Positions 45,085-54,666 of a stretch of 64,000 bases of DNA are shown piece after piece. This DNA comes from Acetatifactor sp. (GTDB lineage Bacteria > Bacillota > Clostridia > Lachnospirales > Lachnospiraceae), in NCBI GenBank assembly GCA_050872885.1, contig JBNMHS010000005.1:2636-66635 (forward strand), read 5' to 3'. Under the pieces are notes generated by a model. The model was not told where the DNA came from, did not search any database, and saw only the letters and a program-made list of their open reading frames with translations. A program made the translations under genes and the position numbers. The first letter of the stretch is position 1. Each line of letters begins with the position of its first letter.

Positions 45085-45114
45085 ATAATAGCATGAGGTG
45101 CCTTGATTCGTCAA
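45085..45114 (-). promoter_or_regulatory. Candidate proximal promoter of rplU-prp-rpmA
   Basis: On the minus strand: TTGACG (45114-45109), 18-nt spacer, TGcTATTAT (45093-45085). Confidence 0.5.
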
Positions 45115-45168
45115 GCGAATTTTTTTAATTTTTCAAATAATTTTTAAAATAATTTTCTTTGCGGCTGC

Positions 45169-45813
45169 TTATTTCTCAATGAGATCTGCGTTATTCTTCT
45201 TTTCAAAATCTTCCACATACTGGATGATCAGCTTTACTGTACCTTCGATACCGAGTATGCTGCTGTTGATGCACAGGTCATAGCTGTCCGCTCTGCCCCA
45301 TTTCTTGGAAGAATAATAGTTGTAATAGCTCTGACGCTGTTTATCCTTCTTCGTGATCATTTCCTTCGCTTTCGCTTCGGTCAGATCATATTTTGCCATG
45401 ATACGTTTGGTCTTCACATCATCATCACCGAAGATAAAGAGATTAATGCAGTTCTTGTAATCTGCCAGTGCATAGTCCGCACAACGGCCGACAATAATGC
45501 AGGGACCTTCATCCGCGATCTTCTTGATCGTATCAAACTGCGCGAGAAATACCTTATGGCTGATGGGCATATCTACAAAAGAGGATGCATTGTAGCCGAA
45601 GGAATAAGTATCCATAACCAGATTGTACAGGAAGGAATTGGTAGGTCTTTCATCGTGATTCTGGATCATCTCTTCACAAAAACCGCTTTCCTGTGCCGCT
45701 CTGGTAAGAAGCTCCTTATCATAGCATTTGATTCCGAAATACTCTGCAACCTTTTCACCGATCTCACGGCCTGCAGAACCAAACTGACGTCCAATGGTAA
45801 TAATCGTATTCAT
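45169..45813 (-). CDS. Cytidylate-kinase-like family protein (paralog 2)
   Basis: MNTIITIGRQFGSAGREIGEKVAEYFGIKCYDKELL start at 45813. Same architecture as the gene at 34642-35280. Confidence 0.8.
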   Translation of the reverse strand: MNTIITIGRQFGSAGREIGEKVAEYFGIKCYDKELLTRAAQESGFCEEMIQNHDERPTNSFLYNLVMDTYSFGYNASSFVDMPISHKVFLAQFDTIKKIADEGPCIIVGRCADYALADYKNCINLFIFGDDDVKTKRIMAKYDLTEAKAKEMITKKDKQRQSYYNYYSSKKWGRADSYDLCINSSILGIEGTVKLIIQYVEDFEKKNNADLIEK

Positions 45814-45864
45814 ACACACACCCGCTTTCTGCAAAACTAAGTAACTAGTATTTTTTGTATTTTC

Positions 45865-45893
45865 ATTATACGTGATATTTAACAAAAAATCAA
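45865..45893 (-). promoter_or_regulatory. Sigma-A promoter of cytidylate-kinase-like gene 2
   Basis: On the minus strand: TTGATT (45893-45888), 17-nt spacer, TATAAT (45870-45865). Confidence 0.6.
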
Positions 45894-45920
45894 CCAATTA
45901 TCAGATTTTTTAGTTCTAAA

Positions 45921-46811
45921 TTAACAATTTTCATGTGATGCATGCATTTTTTCTGCTATTTTCAGGCCTTCTTCCGTCTGTGCCAGACCGCCTAAAGCCG
46001 TTTCCCGCAGGGTGGCATCCATTTTGTCCCCTACCTCTTTCATGGCATCCATGACCTGATCCGGCGGGATACGGCTTACGATTCCGGCCATTGCCATATC
46101 TGCGCATGCCATAGCGTTCACAGTACCTATCACATTTCTCTTCACGCACGGTACCTCCACCAGTCCCGCCACCGGGTCGCATACCAGTCCCAGCAGATTC
46201 TTCATGGCCATGGCCGCTGCGGTAGCGATCTGTTCACAGTCACCGCCCTGTAAATACGTCAGTGCTCCGGCCGCCATGGAACTGGCGGAACCGATCTCCG
46301 CCTGGCAGCCTCCCGCCGCGCCGCTGATAGAGGATCTGGCTGCTATGACCTGGCCGATCCCCGCCGCCACATACATAGCTTTCAGAATCCTGTCCGTATC
46401 TCTGCAGCGCTTCTGAAAATAAGGCACCAGTACCGCAGGCAGCACACCGCAGGCTCCCGCTGTAGGAGCTGCCACAATGCGTTTCATACAGGCATTGGAC
46501 TCCCCCATCTGTAAAGCTCCGGCAATACATCCGTCCACATATTCTCCGCACAGGGATTCCTTACCTGTACTGTGGGTATAGGTTTCCATCCGTCTGCCGT
46601 CTCCACCTACCAGCCCGCTGGAAGATGTAATATCTCCTTCATAAGTAGCCGCTGCCAGAAGCATGGCATCCCAGGTAGCACGCATATGTTCCATACTATC
46701 CTGTTCTGATACATTTCGTTCCGCCATATCATCTTCTAAAACGACCTGCCAGAATTCTTTTTTCTCTTCATGACAGATTTTCAATATCTGGTCAAATGAC
46801 TGATAGGACAT
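45921..46811 (-). CDS. sdaAA: L-serine ammonia-lyase (Fe-S dependent), alpha subunit
   Basis: MSYQSFDQILK... with GACGVLPAV and AGGCQAEIGSAS motifs. I chose the ATG at 46811; the track GTG at 46820 is an alternative. Confidence 0.9.
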   Translation of the reverse strand: MSYQSFDQILKICHEEKKEFWQVVLEDDMAERNVSEQDSMEHMRATWDAMLLAAATYEGDITSSSGLVGGDGRRMETYTHSTGKESLCGEYVDGCIAGALQMGESNACMKRIVAAPTAGACGVLPAVLVPYFQKRCRDTDRILKAMYVAAGIGQVIAARSSISGAAGGCQAEIGSASSMAAGALTYLQGGDCEQIATAAAMAMKNLLGLVCDPVAGLVEVPCVKRNVIGTVNAMACADMAMAGIVSRIPPDQVMDAMKEVGDKMDATLRETALGGLAQTEEGLKIAEKMHASHENC

Positions 46812-46819
46812 ACTCCGCA

Positions 46820-47482
46820 CTACTCCTCCACATTAATATAAGTTACCTTGATGATCCCGTCCAGCTGTTCCAGCCATGCCACGGATTCTTCCGGGACTTC
46901 CTGGTCGGTCTCTATGACCATCACAGCATAACCGCCCCTTTTATCACGATACAGCTGCAGGGTTGCAATATTTACTGCCTTCCCGGCAAGCATTGAGGTG
47001 ACCTGTGCCACATGTCCTGGCCGGTCTACATTGTGTACGATAAGTGTGGGCTTCTCAGCCGGGAAATTAACATCGATCCCATCCAGCTTGTGAATCATGA
47101 TACGTCCGCCGCCGATAGAGGCCGCCTGTACTTCGATTTTCCGGCCGTGCTCACCGGTCAGCTGCAATACTGCCGTATTAGGATGGGCATCCTTCAGAGT
47201 GATCGTTGAAAACTCAAATTGAAGCCCCTCTTTTTTCGCAAGTTCGAAACTCATGGGAATCCTGATATCATCCGGCCGCATTCCTAAAAGTCCGGCAATC
47301 AGGGCCTTATCAGTTCCATGTCCGATCCCCGTGGTAGCAAAGGAACCATGCAGAAGGATTTTGGCCTTCACTACATGGTCCTGAAGTAATTTTCCCGAAA
47401 TATAACCGATCCGGACTGCTCCCGCAGTATGGGAACTGCTGGGACCGACCATCACGGGTCCTAAAATATCAAACAGATTCAT
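46820..47482 (-). CDS. sdaAB: L-serine ammonia-lyase, beta subunit (with ACT domain)
   Basis: 220 aa. FDILGPVMVGPSSSHTAGAVRIG. Confidence 0.9.
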   Translation of the reverse strand: MNLFDILGPVMVGPSSSHTAGAVRIGYISGKLLQDHVVKAKILLHGSFATTGIGHGTDKALIAGLLGMRPDDIRIPMSFELAKKEGLQFEFSTITLKDAHPNTAVLQLTGEHGRKIEVQAASIGGGRIMIHKLDGIDVNFPAEKPTLIVHNVDRPGHVAQVTSMLAGKAVNIATLQLYRDKRGGYAVMVIETDQEVPEESVAWLEQLDGIIKVTYINVEE

Positions 47483-47527
47483 AAGCGCCTCATTTCTGCG
47501 CGAGCAATACGCTATAAGGCGTATTGT

Positions 47528-48439
47528 TCACGCTAGTACAGACAGAAGATGTTCAAAATATTCCGGCAGCGGTGCATCAATTTCCAGATACTCTCCGGTG
47601 GTGGGATGAATAAATCCCAACGTCTTGGCATGCAGGGTCTGCCCCTGTAATTTGAAAGGACTTTTCCGGTTGGAATACACCTCATCTCCCAGCAGCGGAT
47701 GTCCTATGCTGGCCATATGCACACGGATCTGGTGTGTTCTTCCGGTCTCCAGTACGCATTCTATATAAGTATATCCCTGAAATCTCTGTAATACCCGGTA
47801 ATGCGTTACTGCCCGTTTTCCGTTCTGATGGTTCACCGCCATTTTCTTGCGGTCATTCGGATGACGGCCGATAGGCTGGTCGATGGTACCTTCCTCCTGT
47901 TTCAATTCTCCGAAACAGATAGCACGGTATCTCCTGTTGATAGAATGCTCTTTTAACTGTTCCGCAATGCACCGGTGGGCTTTGTCGTTTTTACAGGCAA
48001 TGACAGACCCCGTAGTATCCCTGTCGATCCGGTGAACGATTCCGGGTCGCAGTACTCCATTGATTCCGGAGAGATCCTTGCCGCAATGATACATCAATGC
48101 ATTCACCAGGGTTCCTGTATAATGGCCTGCAGCAGGGTGTACTACCATTCCCTTGGGCTTATTCACCACGATCAGATCTGCATCTTCATACAGAATATCC
48201 AGCGGGATATTTTCCGGTTCGATGTCCGGTTCTACGGATTCCGGGACAGAGAACACCACTTCATCGTCGGTTTTGACACGATAGCTTCCCTTCACGGGAT
48301 TTCCGTTTACCAGTACATTACCGTCTTTGATCAGCTTCTGGATAAAAGAACGGGACAGGTTCTCCACCAGGAGACTTACACACTTGTCGATCCGCTCTTC
48401 TTCCATGTCTTCGGCTATCTGAAATCGGAGTTCTTCCAT
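47528..48439 (-). CDS. rluD: RluD-type 23S rRNA pseudouridine synthase (RluA family)
   Basis: 303 aa. S4 domain, HRIDRDTTGS, HQIRVHMASIGHPLLGD. Lies downstream of lspA, as in Bacillus. Confidence 0.9.
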   Translation of the reverse strand: MEELRFQIAEDMEEERIDKCVSLLVENLSRSFIQKLIKDGNVLVNGNPVKGSYRVKTDDEVVFSVPESVEPDIEPENIPLDILYEDADLIVVNKPKGMVVHPAAGHYTGTLVNALMYHCGKDLSGINGVLRPGIVHRIDRDTTGSVIACKNDKAHRCIAEQLKEHSINRRYRAICFGELKQEEGTIDQPIGRHPNDRKKMAVNHQNGKRAVTHYRVLQRFQGYTYIECVLETGRTHQIRVHMASIGHPLLGDEVYSNRKSPFKLQGQTLHAKTLGFIHPTTGEYLEIDAPLPEYFEHLLSVLA

Positions 48440-48978
48440 TATTTCATCTCCCGATAACGATTCTGCTTAAAATTCAAAAATTCCAGATCCTTCTCTTTGT
48501 AGACGAACAAAAACAATATAAATAAGCCGATGGTAGCCACTACCACATAAATGTCCGCCACATTGAAAATCGGATAATTGATCAGTACAAAAGAGATAAA
48601 GTCAACCACATAATCCAAACGGAACCTGTCGATCATATTACCGATACCGCCGGCAATGATCACCGCCAGCAGTACATGCACGATCCGGAATTTCTTCTGT
48701 TCCGGCAGTTTTAATAAAAAGAACAGCAATACTGCCAGGAATACGATCCCGACGAACAGAATAAATACTTTCTGATTCTGCAGCATACCAAAGGCGGAAC
48801 CCCGGTTCTCCAGATATTGCAGTTCCAGCACACCATCGATAATAACATACGCCGGCTGATCCTTCAGATGCACTACCGCCAGATGCTTGGTGAACTGATC
48901 TGCCGCCAGAAGTACCGCAGTGATCAGGGCATCTATGACCAGCATGATAACACGACTACTTTTCTTTTCTTTATTCAT
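48439..48978 (-). CDS. lspA: Signal peptidase II (lipoprotein signal peptidase)
   Basis: The ATG at 48978 overlaps the aroB stop (ATGAATAA). Motifs: DQFTKHLAV, NRGSAFG, FNVADIYV. Confidence 0.88.
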   Translation of the reverse strand: MNKEKKSSRVIMLVIDALITAVLLAADQFTKHLAVVHLKDQPAYVIIDGVLELQYLENRGSAFGMLQNQKVFILFVGIVFLAVLLFFLLKLPEQKKFRIVHVLLAVIIAGGIGNMIDRFRLDYVVDFISFVLINYPIFNVADIYVVVATIGLFILFLFVYKEKDLEFLNFKQNRYREMK

Positions 48979-50089
48979 GGGCATCCTCTTCACTAAAATT
49001 GATTTCTTCAATGGCAGCCAGGATTTCCTCATCCGTAACGGTTCTGTCAATGACTGCCTTTCCGATCTTCTTAAGCAGAATGAACTTGATCGTACCTGCT
49101 TCCATCTTTTTATCCGATTTCGTAAGCTTTAAAATTTCCTGCGGATCGATGTCATCCACGGAAATCGGCAGATAGAACGGTACAAACATATCCCGGATCT
49201 CATAAAACTCTTCCATGCTGAGCATTTCCTTTTTCCAGGAAATATACGCAGCAGCCACCGTTCCCAGTGCTACACATTCGCCGTGATATAATTCAAAGTT
49301 CTTATACTTTTCAATCGCATGTCCGATAGTATGTCCAAGATTCAAAAGTGCTCTGTCACCCTGCTCGGTAGGATCCTTCTCCACCACCATTTTCTTGATC
49401 GAACAGGTGCGGATCACCATCTCCTCCAGCGTGTTCAGATCTCTCTCGCAGATCTCATACATATTCTCGATCAGCCATTCATAAAACAGCGCATCCTTGA
49501 TCAGTGCAGACTTCATTACTTCCGCAAACCCGGAATAAAATTGTCTCTCTTCCAGTGTTTTCAACACAGACAGGTTCATATATACCAGTCTGGGCATTTT
49601 AAATGCGCCCACCATATTTTTATAGCTGTCAAAATCCACTCCGGTCTTGCCACCGATGGAGCTGTCAGCCTGCGCCAGAAGTGTGGTCGGTATTTGTACA
49701 AAATCAATGCCGCGCAGATAAGTAGCCGCCACGAAGCCGGTCAGATCACCGGTAACACCGCCGCCCAGTGCCAGCAGCATATCCTTTCTGTCAAATCCTT
49801 CTTCAATCAGAAAACGATATACATCCTTCACGGTATCCAGATTTTTATGCTCTTCTCCGGCCGGAAATACATATTTTACAGCCTTACGGCATTTTCCTTC
49901 CAATAGCTCAAGGATCTGTGCCGCATACAGTCCGTCCACTGTAGAATCCGTCACAATGCATAATCTCTTGTCAGCGGCTCCCAGTTCTGCCAGTTCTTCC
50001 CACAAGCCATCAAAAGACTGCTGGAATACAATATCGTAACAAGGCTTTTTGTTATAAAGCACCGGTAATCTCTGTGCCATGTTGTTCAC
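48971..50089 (-). CDS. aroB: 3-dehydroquinate synthase
   Basis: 372 aa. GGGVTGDLTGFVAATYLRGIDFVQIPTTLLAQADSSIGGKTGVD. Confidence 0.93.
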   Translation of the reverse strand: MNNMAQRLPVLYNKKPCYDIVFQQSFDGLWEELAELGAADKRLCIVTDSTVDGLYAAQILELLEGKCRKAVKYVFPAGEEHKNLDTVKDVYRFLIEEGFDRKDMLLALGGGVTGDLTGFVAATYLRGIDFVQIPTTLLAQADSSIGGKTGVDFDSYKNMVGAFKMPRLVYMNLSVLKTLEERQFYSGFAEVMKSALIKDALFYEWLIENMYEICERDLNTLEEMVIRTCSIKKMVVEKDPTEQGDRALLNLGHTIGHAIEKYKNFELYHGECVALGTVAAAYISWKKEMLSMEEFYEIRDMFVPFYLPISVDDIDPQEILKLTKSDKKMEAGTIKFILLKKIGKAVIDRTVTDEEILAAIEEINFSEEDAHE

Positions 50090-50140
50090 CTTTCAGTTCC
50101 GTTGGAACTGTTCCTTCTCGTATAATTATATAACTCTTTT

Positions 50141-50173
50141 TAAAAAACTTCCTGCAGTCACCTGCAGGAAGTT
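50141..50173 (-). terminator. Rho-independent terminator after sepF
   Basis: On the minus strand: AACTTCCTGCAG-GTGA-CTGCAGGAAGTT (50173-50146), then TTTTTA. Confidence 0.75.
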
Positions 50174-50179
50174 GTATTC

Positions 50180-50716
50180 TTATGACATTCCGTTGTTAAT
50201 AGGCATTTCAAAGGATCCCGCGCCACCGAAGATATCCTGGAAATCACCGGAGATATCTACGCTTGCCGGAGTGATGATAAAGATATAATGTGAAATTTTC
50301 TGGAGATTTCCGGAAATTGCGAAACAGGAACCGGAGGTAAAATCTATGATTCTCTGTGCAACGTCTACATCCAGGCCTTCCAGATTCAATACAACGGTCC
50401 GGTTCGCAAGCAGTGTCTCCGTGATCTCTCTGGCGTCTTCTACGGAAGTCGGTTTAATGACACAGACTTCCATGCCGGTTCCCGGCATCTTCTTCGTAAC
50501 GGAACGATGGATCGGAGTTACCTTCGGCTGGGTGGAACGCTTGCTCTTCTCTTCCGGATCATCATCTTCCGCAGCCTGCTGTCTGCTCTTGGCCGGGCTG
50601 AATTTTTTAACAGGTTCTACTTCTTCCTCATCATCCAGATAATCATCATCATAGAAACCTTCATCCTCATCATCATTCAGTTTCATATAATTCAGGAATT
50701 TATCCATTACACCCAT
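50180..50716 (-). CDS. sepF: Cell division protein SepF
   Basis: 178 aa. Acidic linker, then the conserved C-domain VCVIKPTSVEDAREITETLLANRTVVLNLEGLD...AQRIIDFTSG. Confidence 0.9.
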   Translation of the reverse strand: MGVMDKFLNYMKLNDDEDEGFYDDDYLDDEEEVEPVKKFSPAKSRQQAAEDDDPEEKSKRSTQPKVTPIHRSVTKKMPGTGMEVCVIKPTSVEDAREITETLLANRTVVLNLEGLDVDVAQRIIDFTSGSCFAISGNLQKISHYIFIITPASVDISGDFQDIFGGAGSFEMPINNGMS

Positions 50717-50742
50717 GTTGTGTGTCTCCTTTTTATATCATT

Positions 50743-51477
50743 CTATATGGTCTTACTATAATCCCTTTCACCGAAAATACCGGTTCCTACCCTGACAATG
50801 GTAGATCCCTCTTCCGCTGCCACCATATAATCACCTGTCATTCCCATAGAAAGAATGCCCATAGAAACATTATCAATGTTTTTATTTCCGATGTCAACAG
50901 CTAATTGCCGGAGTTTCTGAAAATATGTCCGGTTTTCTTCTGCATTTTCCACAAACGGAGCAATCGTCATGAGTCCTTTGATATGAATCGCCGGCAAAAC
51001 GGCTATGCTCCGGATCAGTTCTGCCGTATCCTCTACGGTTGTACCGAATTTGCTCTCTTCCTGTGCCACATTTACTTCGATCAGAATATTTACCTCCGTC
51101 TGTTTTTTAACAGCCTCCCTGCTGATCTCTTCCGCAAGGCGGAGACTGTCCACACTGTGGATCAGGTACACTTTATCTACAATGTATTTTACTTTATTTC
51201 GCTGTAAATGTCCGATCATATGCCAGCGTACATCTGCCGGCATCTGTGGGATCTTGTCTACCAGTTCCTGTACTTTATTCTCCCCGAAATCTCTGGCACC
51301 CGCATGATAGACATCCAAAAGCATGTCCACGGGTTTCGTCTTGCTGACTGCCAGAAGGGTCACTTCCTGTTCCTCTCTTCCCGACTTTTCGCAGGCTTTT
51401 CGGATGTTCTCTTTTACCCTTCTGTAGTTCTCTTCCAGTCGTTCGCTCTGCTTTATCTCTTCCATGCGATTCGCCAT
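50743..51477 (-). CDS. YggS/YlmE-family PLP-binding protein
   Basis: 244 aa. LLAVSKTKP (PLP Lys), GENKVQE, HMIGHLQRNK, SMGMTGDY. Confidence 0.9.
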   Translation of the reverse strand: MANRMEEIKQSERLEENYRRVKENIRKACEKSGREEQEVTLLAVSKTKPVDMLLDVYHAGARDFGENKVQELVDKIPQMPADVRWHMIGHLQRNKVKYIVDKVYLIHSVDSLRLAEEISREAVKKQTEVNILIEVNVAQEESKFGTTVEDTAELIRSIAVLPAIHIKGLMTIAPFVENAEENRTYFQKLRQLAVDIGNKNIDNVSMGILSMGMTGDYMVAAEEGSTIVRVGTGIFGERDYSKTI

Positions 51478-51494
51478 CCTTTCTCTCCGGCATT

Positions 51495-53084
51495 TTACGA
51501 TTCGCCGGCTGTGCTGCTTTCCGGTTCCGTGCTGACGGTTGCGGTCTCTTCCGTCTGTGCCGCATCTGTTTCCTCAGAAGTCTGTACAGTCGCTTCCTCG
51601 GTATCGTTAGTATCAACTGTCGGTTCCGCAGTTTCCGGAGTATCGGTAGCAGCTGTATCCGATTTATTTGTATCTGTTTTCTTGATATTCGTAATAATCT
51701 GATCGTCAGACACAGCAGATCCATCCAGAACAATATAATCATATACATTGAGGCCGTAGGTGGTATTCGCCTTTACGATGGAATATTCGTCATTCTGGTA
51801 CAGAATATTGATCTGTTTAAAATCCGCATATCCTTTGTTCACGTTATAGACCCCGATCAGCGTTGCCCTCTTACTTACCGTATAGGTCTCCTGGCTGTCT
51901 GTTTTGTAAAGGATGTCTCCCGTTTTCAGCACGGAAGTATCCATATAATAGACGCCCTCCGTCTCATCATAGCTATAAGCATCGGTCTCCACAAACTCAC
52001 TGGAAATATCACCGTTATCACGATAACACTGTCTGATAACTCCCTGTATCCCGGTGTTCTCATTGGTAGTTACAAAGTCTTCATCTATCAGGAAAAATTC
52101 CTTCTCAACAATAGAAGAATTAGGGATCTTAAGCCCTGTTTCATCATTCAGTATCAACTCAATATCCAAAAAGCGGTCAGACACAAATGTGACCATGGAA
52201 TTGGTAAACGTCAGAGATAAAAATATATTGCCGTCGCTGCCCGTAAACAGCTGTGCCTTTCCCCAGGATTCATACTGGTTCTTCAGGAAGCGTACCTTAA
52301 CATAATCTTCCTGCTGGATCTCAGCTCCGCGTTGTGCATCTATGGGAATGACCACAGACCAGTTTTCATCGGTAGACAGCTTGTACACAGGATCTCCTAC
52401 CGCCATCAGTTCGTTTCCGAGCATCTGTTTTTTTTCGTAATTCTTGTCATCAAATACTTCTTCTGTCACCGCTTCGGCCGTCAGTCCTTCGTAACCGTCG
52501 GTCCAATAAGCTACGATCCCGGTCATCGGAGCATAACAGAAATTAACAATGTTCGCCGCAGACCCGCCGTTATCGCTTTCAATGCTTTGCAGCATATTTA
52601 CATTGGCCAGCTTCAATACCGTATTTTTCAAGGAATATTTGAAATCATAGGTATTTTCATAATTTATGTCATCATACCCATGCATAAAATTCACAATCTC
52701 ATTGCGAAACTCCGAGAGCTCCTGATTGCTCAGCGTATTTTCGCCAAGGCTTGCGTCTTCCAGTTCTTCATTCAACCGGCCGGTTTCATCCACGATATAT
52801 ACCGTGTCACCTTTGGCAACTCTCTCGCCCTCTCTGGCATAAAAGTTAACATATCCCGCCGTATCCGTATTTACAACACTCTCACTGCGGATGGCGATTC
52901 CTCTGTAGATATTATTGGCAGCCAGCGATCCCTCCGTTACTTCATAGCGGACAATATGATCTGTCTGGAAATACATGATCACGCAGATGATCACATAGAT
53001 AAAAATAGCTCCGAAAATCAACATACCGATATTGAGGTTCAAAGGTTTTCTATATTTTTTTACTTTTTTCTGTTGTTCTGCCAT
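51495..53084 (-). CDS. HlyD/membrane-fusion-like protein, N-terminal TM anchor, Thr/Glu/Asp-rich C-terminal tail; no transporter partner nearby
   Basis: 529 aa. TM segment LNIGMLIFGAIFIYVIICVIMYF. Barrel-sandwich halves (AGYVNFYAREGERVAKGDTVYIVD ... APMTGIVAY) and beta-barrel-like repeats. Lies 17 nt upstream of the yggS-type gene. Confidence 0.62.
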   Translation of the reverse strand: MAEQQKKVKKYRKPLNLNIGMLIFGAIFIYVIICVIMYFQTDHIVRYEVTEGSLAANNIYRGIAIRSESVVNTDTAGYVNFYAREGERVAKGDTVYIVDETGRLNEELEDASLGENTLSNQELSEFRNEIVNFMHGYDDINYENTYDFKYSLKNTVLKLANVNMLQSIESDNGGSAANIVNFCYAPMTGIVAYWTDGYEGLTAEAVTEEVFDDKNYEKKQMLGNELMAVGDPVYKLSTDENWSVVIPIDAQRGAEIQQEDYVKVRFLKNQYESWGKAQLFTGSDGNIFLSLTFTNSMVTFVSDRFLDIELILNDETGLKIPNSSIVEKEFFLIDEDFVTTNENTGIQGVIRQCYRDNGDISSEFVETDAYSYDETEGVYYMDTSVLKTGDILYKTDSQETYTVSKRATLIGVYNVNKGYADFKQINILYQNDEYSIVKANTTYGLNVYDYIVLDGSAVSDDQIITNIKKTDTNKSDTAATDTPETAEPTVDTNDTEEATVQTSEETDAAQTEETATVSTEPESSTAGES

Positions 53085-53168
53085 AGTAAAACCTCCTTCC
53101 TCCCGTACATTTGAGAAGCCCCGGCTGACATCCGAGGCTTCTCATACGTAAAGCTATAATACGTTCTT

Positions 53169-53588
53169 TTACAAAGATACAATAATCTTATCCTTCACAG
53201 ACTCAGGTAATTCGGATTCATCCTTTGATACGCTGAGGATAAAATCAACCTGGAAGAACTCGCTCATTCTCTCCAGCTTCTCAACAACAGCGGAAATATC
53301 TTTGTCTTCCAAAGCCGCAATCTTCAGAAAGCTGTCGAAATACATCTGCTCCAGATCATGATCCTGAGAAATGATGCCGCATACAAATCCCAAAAATTCG
53401 CTTTCATTCTCGATCATGTAACGGGAAACGTCGATCAGACGCACCTTGTTGTTCAGTTCATACATATGTTTCGTACTTTTGTCCAGATATACGATACTGC
53501 CCGATATTTCCTTTACCTCGCTGTTTACTTTGTCCAACAGCTGTTTTGTCTTGCCCTTACCCTTTTTGCCTACAATCAACTGAACCAT
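53169..53588 (-). CDS. Small P-loop NTPase-like protein of unknown function
   Basis: 139 aa. Walker A GKKGKGKT (53570-53547), Walker-B-like SIVYLD. GGAGGG RBS. Confidence 0.5.
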   Translation of the reverse strand: MVQLIVGKKGKGKTKQLLDKVNSEVKEISGSIVYLDKSTKHMYELNNKVRLIDVSRYMIENESEFLGFVCGIISQDHDLEQMYFDSFLKIAALEDKDISAVVEKLERMSEFFQVDFILSVSKDESELPESVKDKIIVSL

Positions 53589-53676
53589 TGGTGTAACCCT
53601 CCTGTCGTAAAATTTATAGGAACTTCACGCAACCTATTTACTTTATTATAGTTTATAACCCCTCAAAAAACAACAG

Positions 53677-54666
53677 TTATTTATTGATTTGCTCCAACAG
53701 CTGCACCATTTCCGGATACAGTACGTCACTCGCCGAAGAATTCAGAATGACCGATATATACGGGGCTCCGTTTACATCCCTGGACAACAGGATCAGGCAG
53801 TGTCCCGCGGCATTGGTAGTACCTGTCTTGCCGCCGATGACAGTAATATTTTCCGGTGCCTGAAAATCTCCTCTTAAAAATCTGTTCGTATTATTTACCG
53901 TAAGTTCTTTGGCCTTACCGTCTTTATCGTAGTAGGTCGTCTGATAGCTGGTCATATGAATGATCTCATTAAAGGAATCATACTTGATTGCTTCATTAAA
54001 GATCAGATACAGATCATAGGCAGAAGTATAATGGTTGTCATCCGACAATCCGTGAGGATTTGCAAAGCTGGTATTGGTCGCTCCCAGCCGCACTGCTTCC
54101 TCGTTCATCATCTCCACGAAATGATCCACACTGCCGCCGATATTCTCGGCGATCAGCATTGCCGCATCATTGGCAGAATACATCAACAGAATATGCAATG
54201 CCTGATCCAGTGTCATGGTATCTCCGGATTTCAGTCCGCAGAGCTGCGCACCGGACTCGCTGATCTTCACAGTATCCGTCGCAGTCAGCACCGTATCTAA
54301 AGAAGCATTCTGCAGTGCCACCAGCGCCGTCATTACCTTGGTCAGACTGGCAGGATATAATCTTTCATGCGCATTTTTGGAATATAATACCTTTTTGTTA
54401 TTTACGTCGAATAATACAGCAGCTGAAGCCTGTGACATGTCTACACTGCCGTCTCCCGTCTCATCCTCCGTCACGACACACAGATCGGCCGCAAACGGTT
54501 CTGCCCTTCCGGCTCCGGTCCCCGCCAGCACATTAAAGCTGCTGACACTGGAGTTAACATCATAAGGAAATGTATAAGCCACATTGCCGCATCCGGTCAG
54601 CAGACCCACGCAGAGGATCATGGACATACAGAAGCAGATCCAACGAACTTTATTTGTACATTTCAC
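53677..54666 (-). CDS. D-alanyl-D-alanine carboxypeptidase (peptidase S11), probable lipoprotein
   Basis: 329 aa. Lipobox LLTGC. SxxK (PASLTK), SxN (YSAND), KTG (GKTGTT). Confidence 0.88.
   Translation of the reverse strand: MKCTNKVRWICFCMSMILCVGLLTGCGNVAYTFPYDVNSSVSSFNVLAGTGAGRAEPFAADLCVVTEDETGDGSVDMSQASAAVLFDVNNKKVLYSKNAHERLYPASLTKVMTALVALQNASLDTVLTATDTVKISESGAQLCGLKSGDTMTLDQALHILLMYSANDAAMLIAENIGGSVDHFVEMMNEEAVRLGATNTSFANPHGLSDDNHYTSAYDLYLIFNEAIKYDSFNEIIHMTSYQTTYYDKDGKAKELTVNNTNRFLRGDFQAPENITVIGGKTGTTNAAGHCLILLSRDVNGAPYISVILNSSASDVLYPEMVQLLEQINK

Noticed and set aside
47501-47530. A hairpin, CAATACGC-TATAAG-GCGTATTG, at the rluD stop, considered as a terminator separating rluD from sdaAB.
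   Set aside because: No U-tract follows it on the minus strand, and sdaAB starts about 20 nt later. I cannot tell whether it is a weak attenuator or a simple intercistronic stem.
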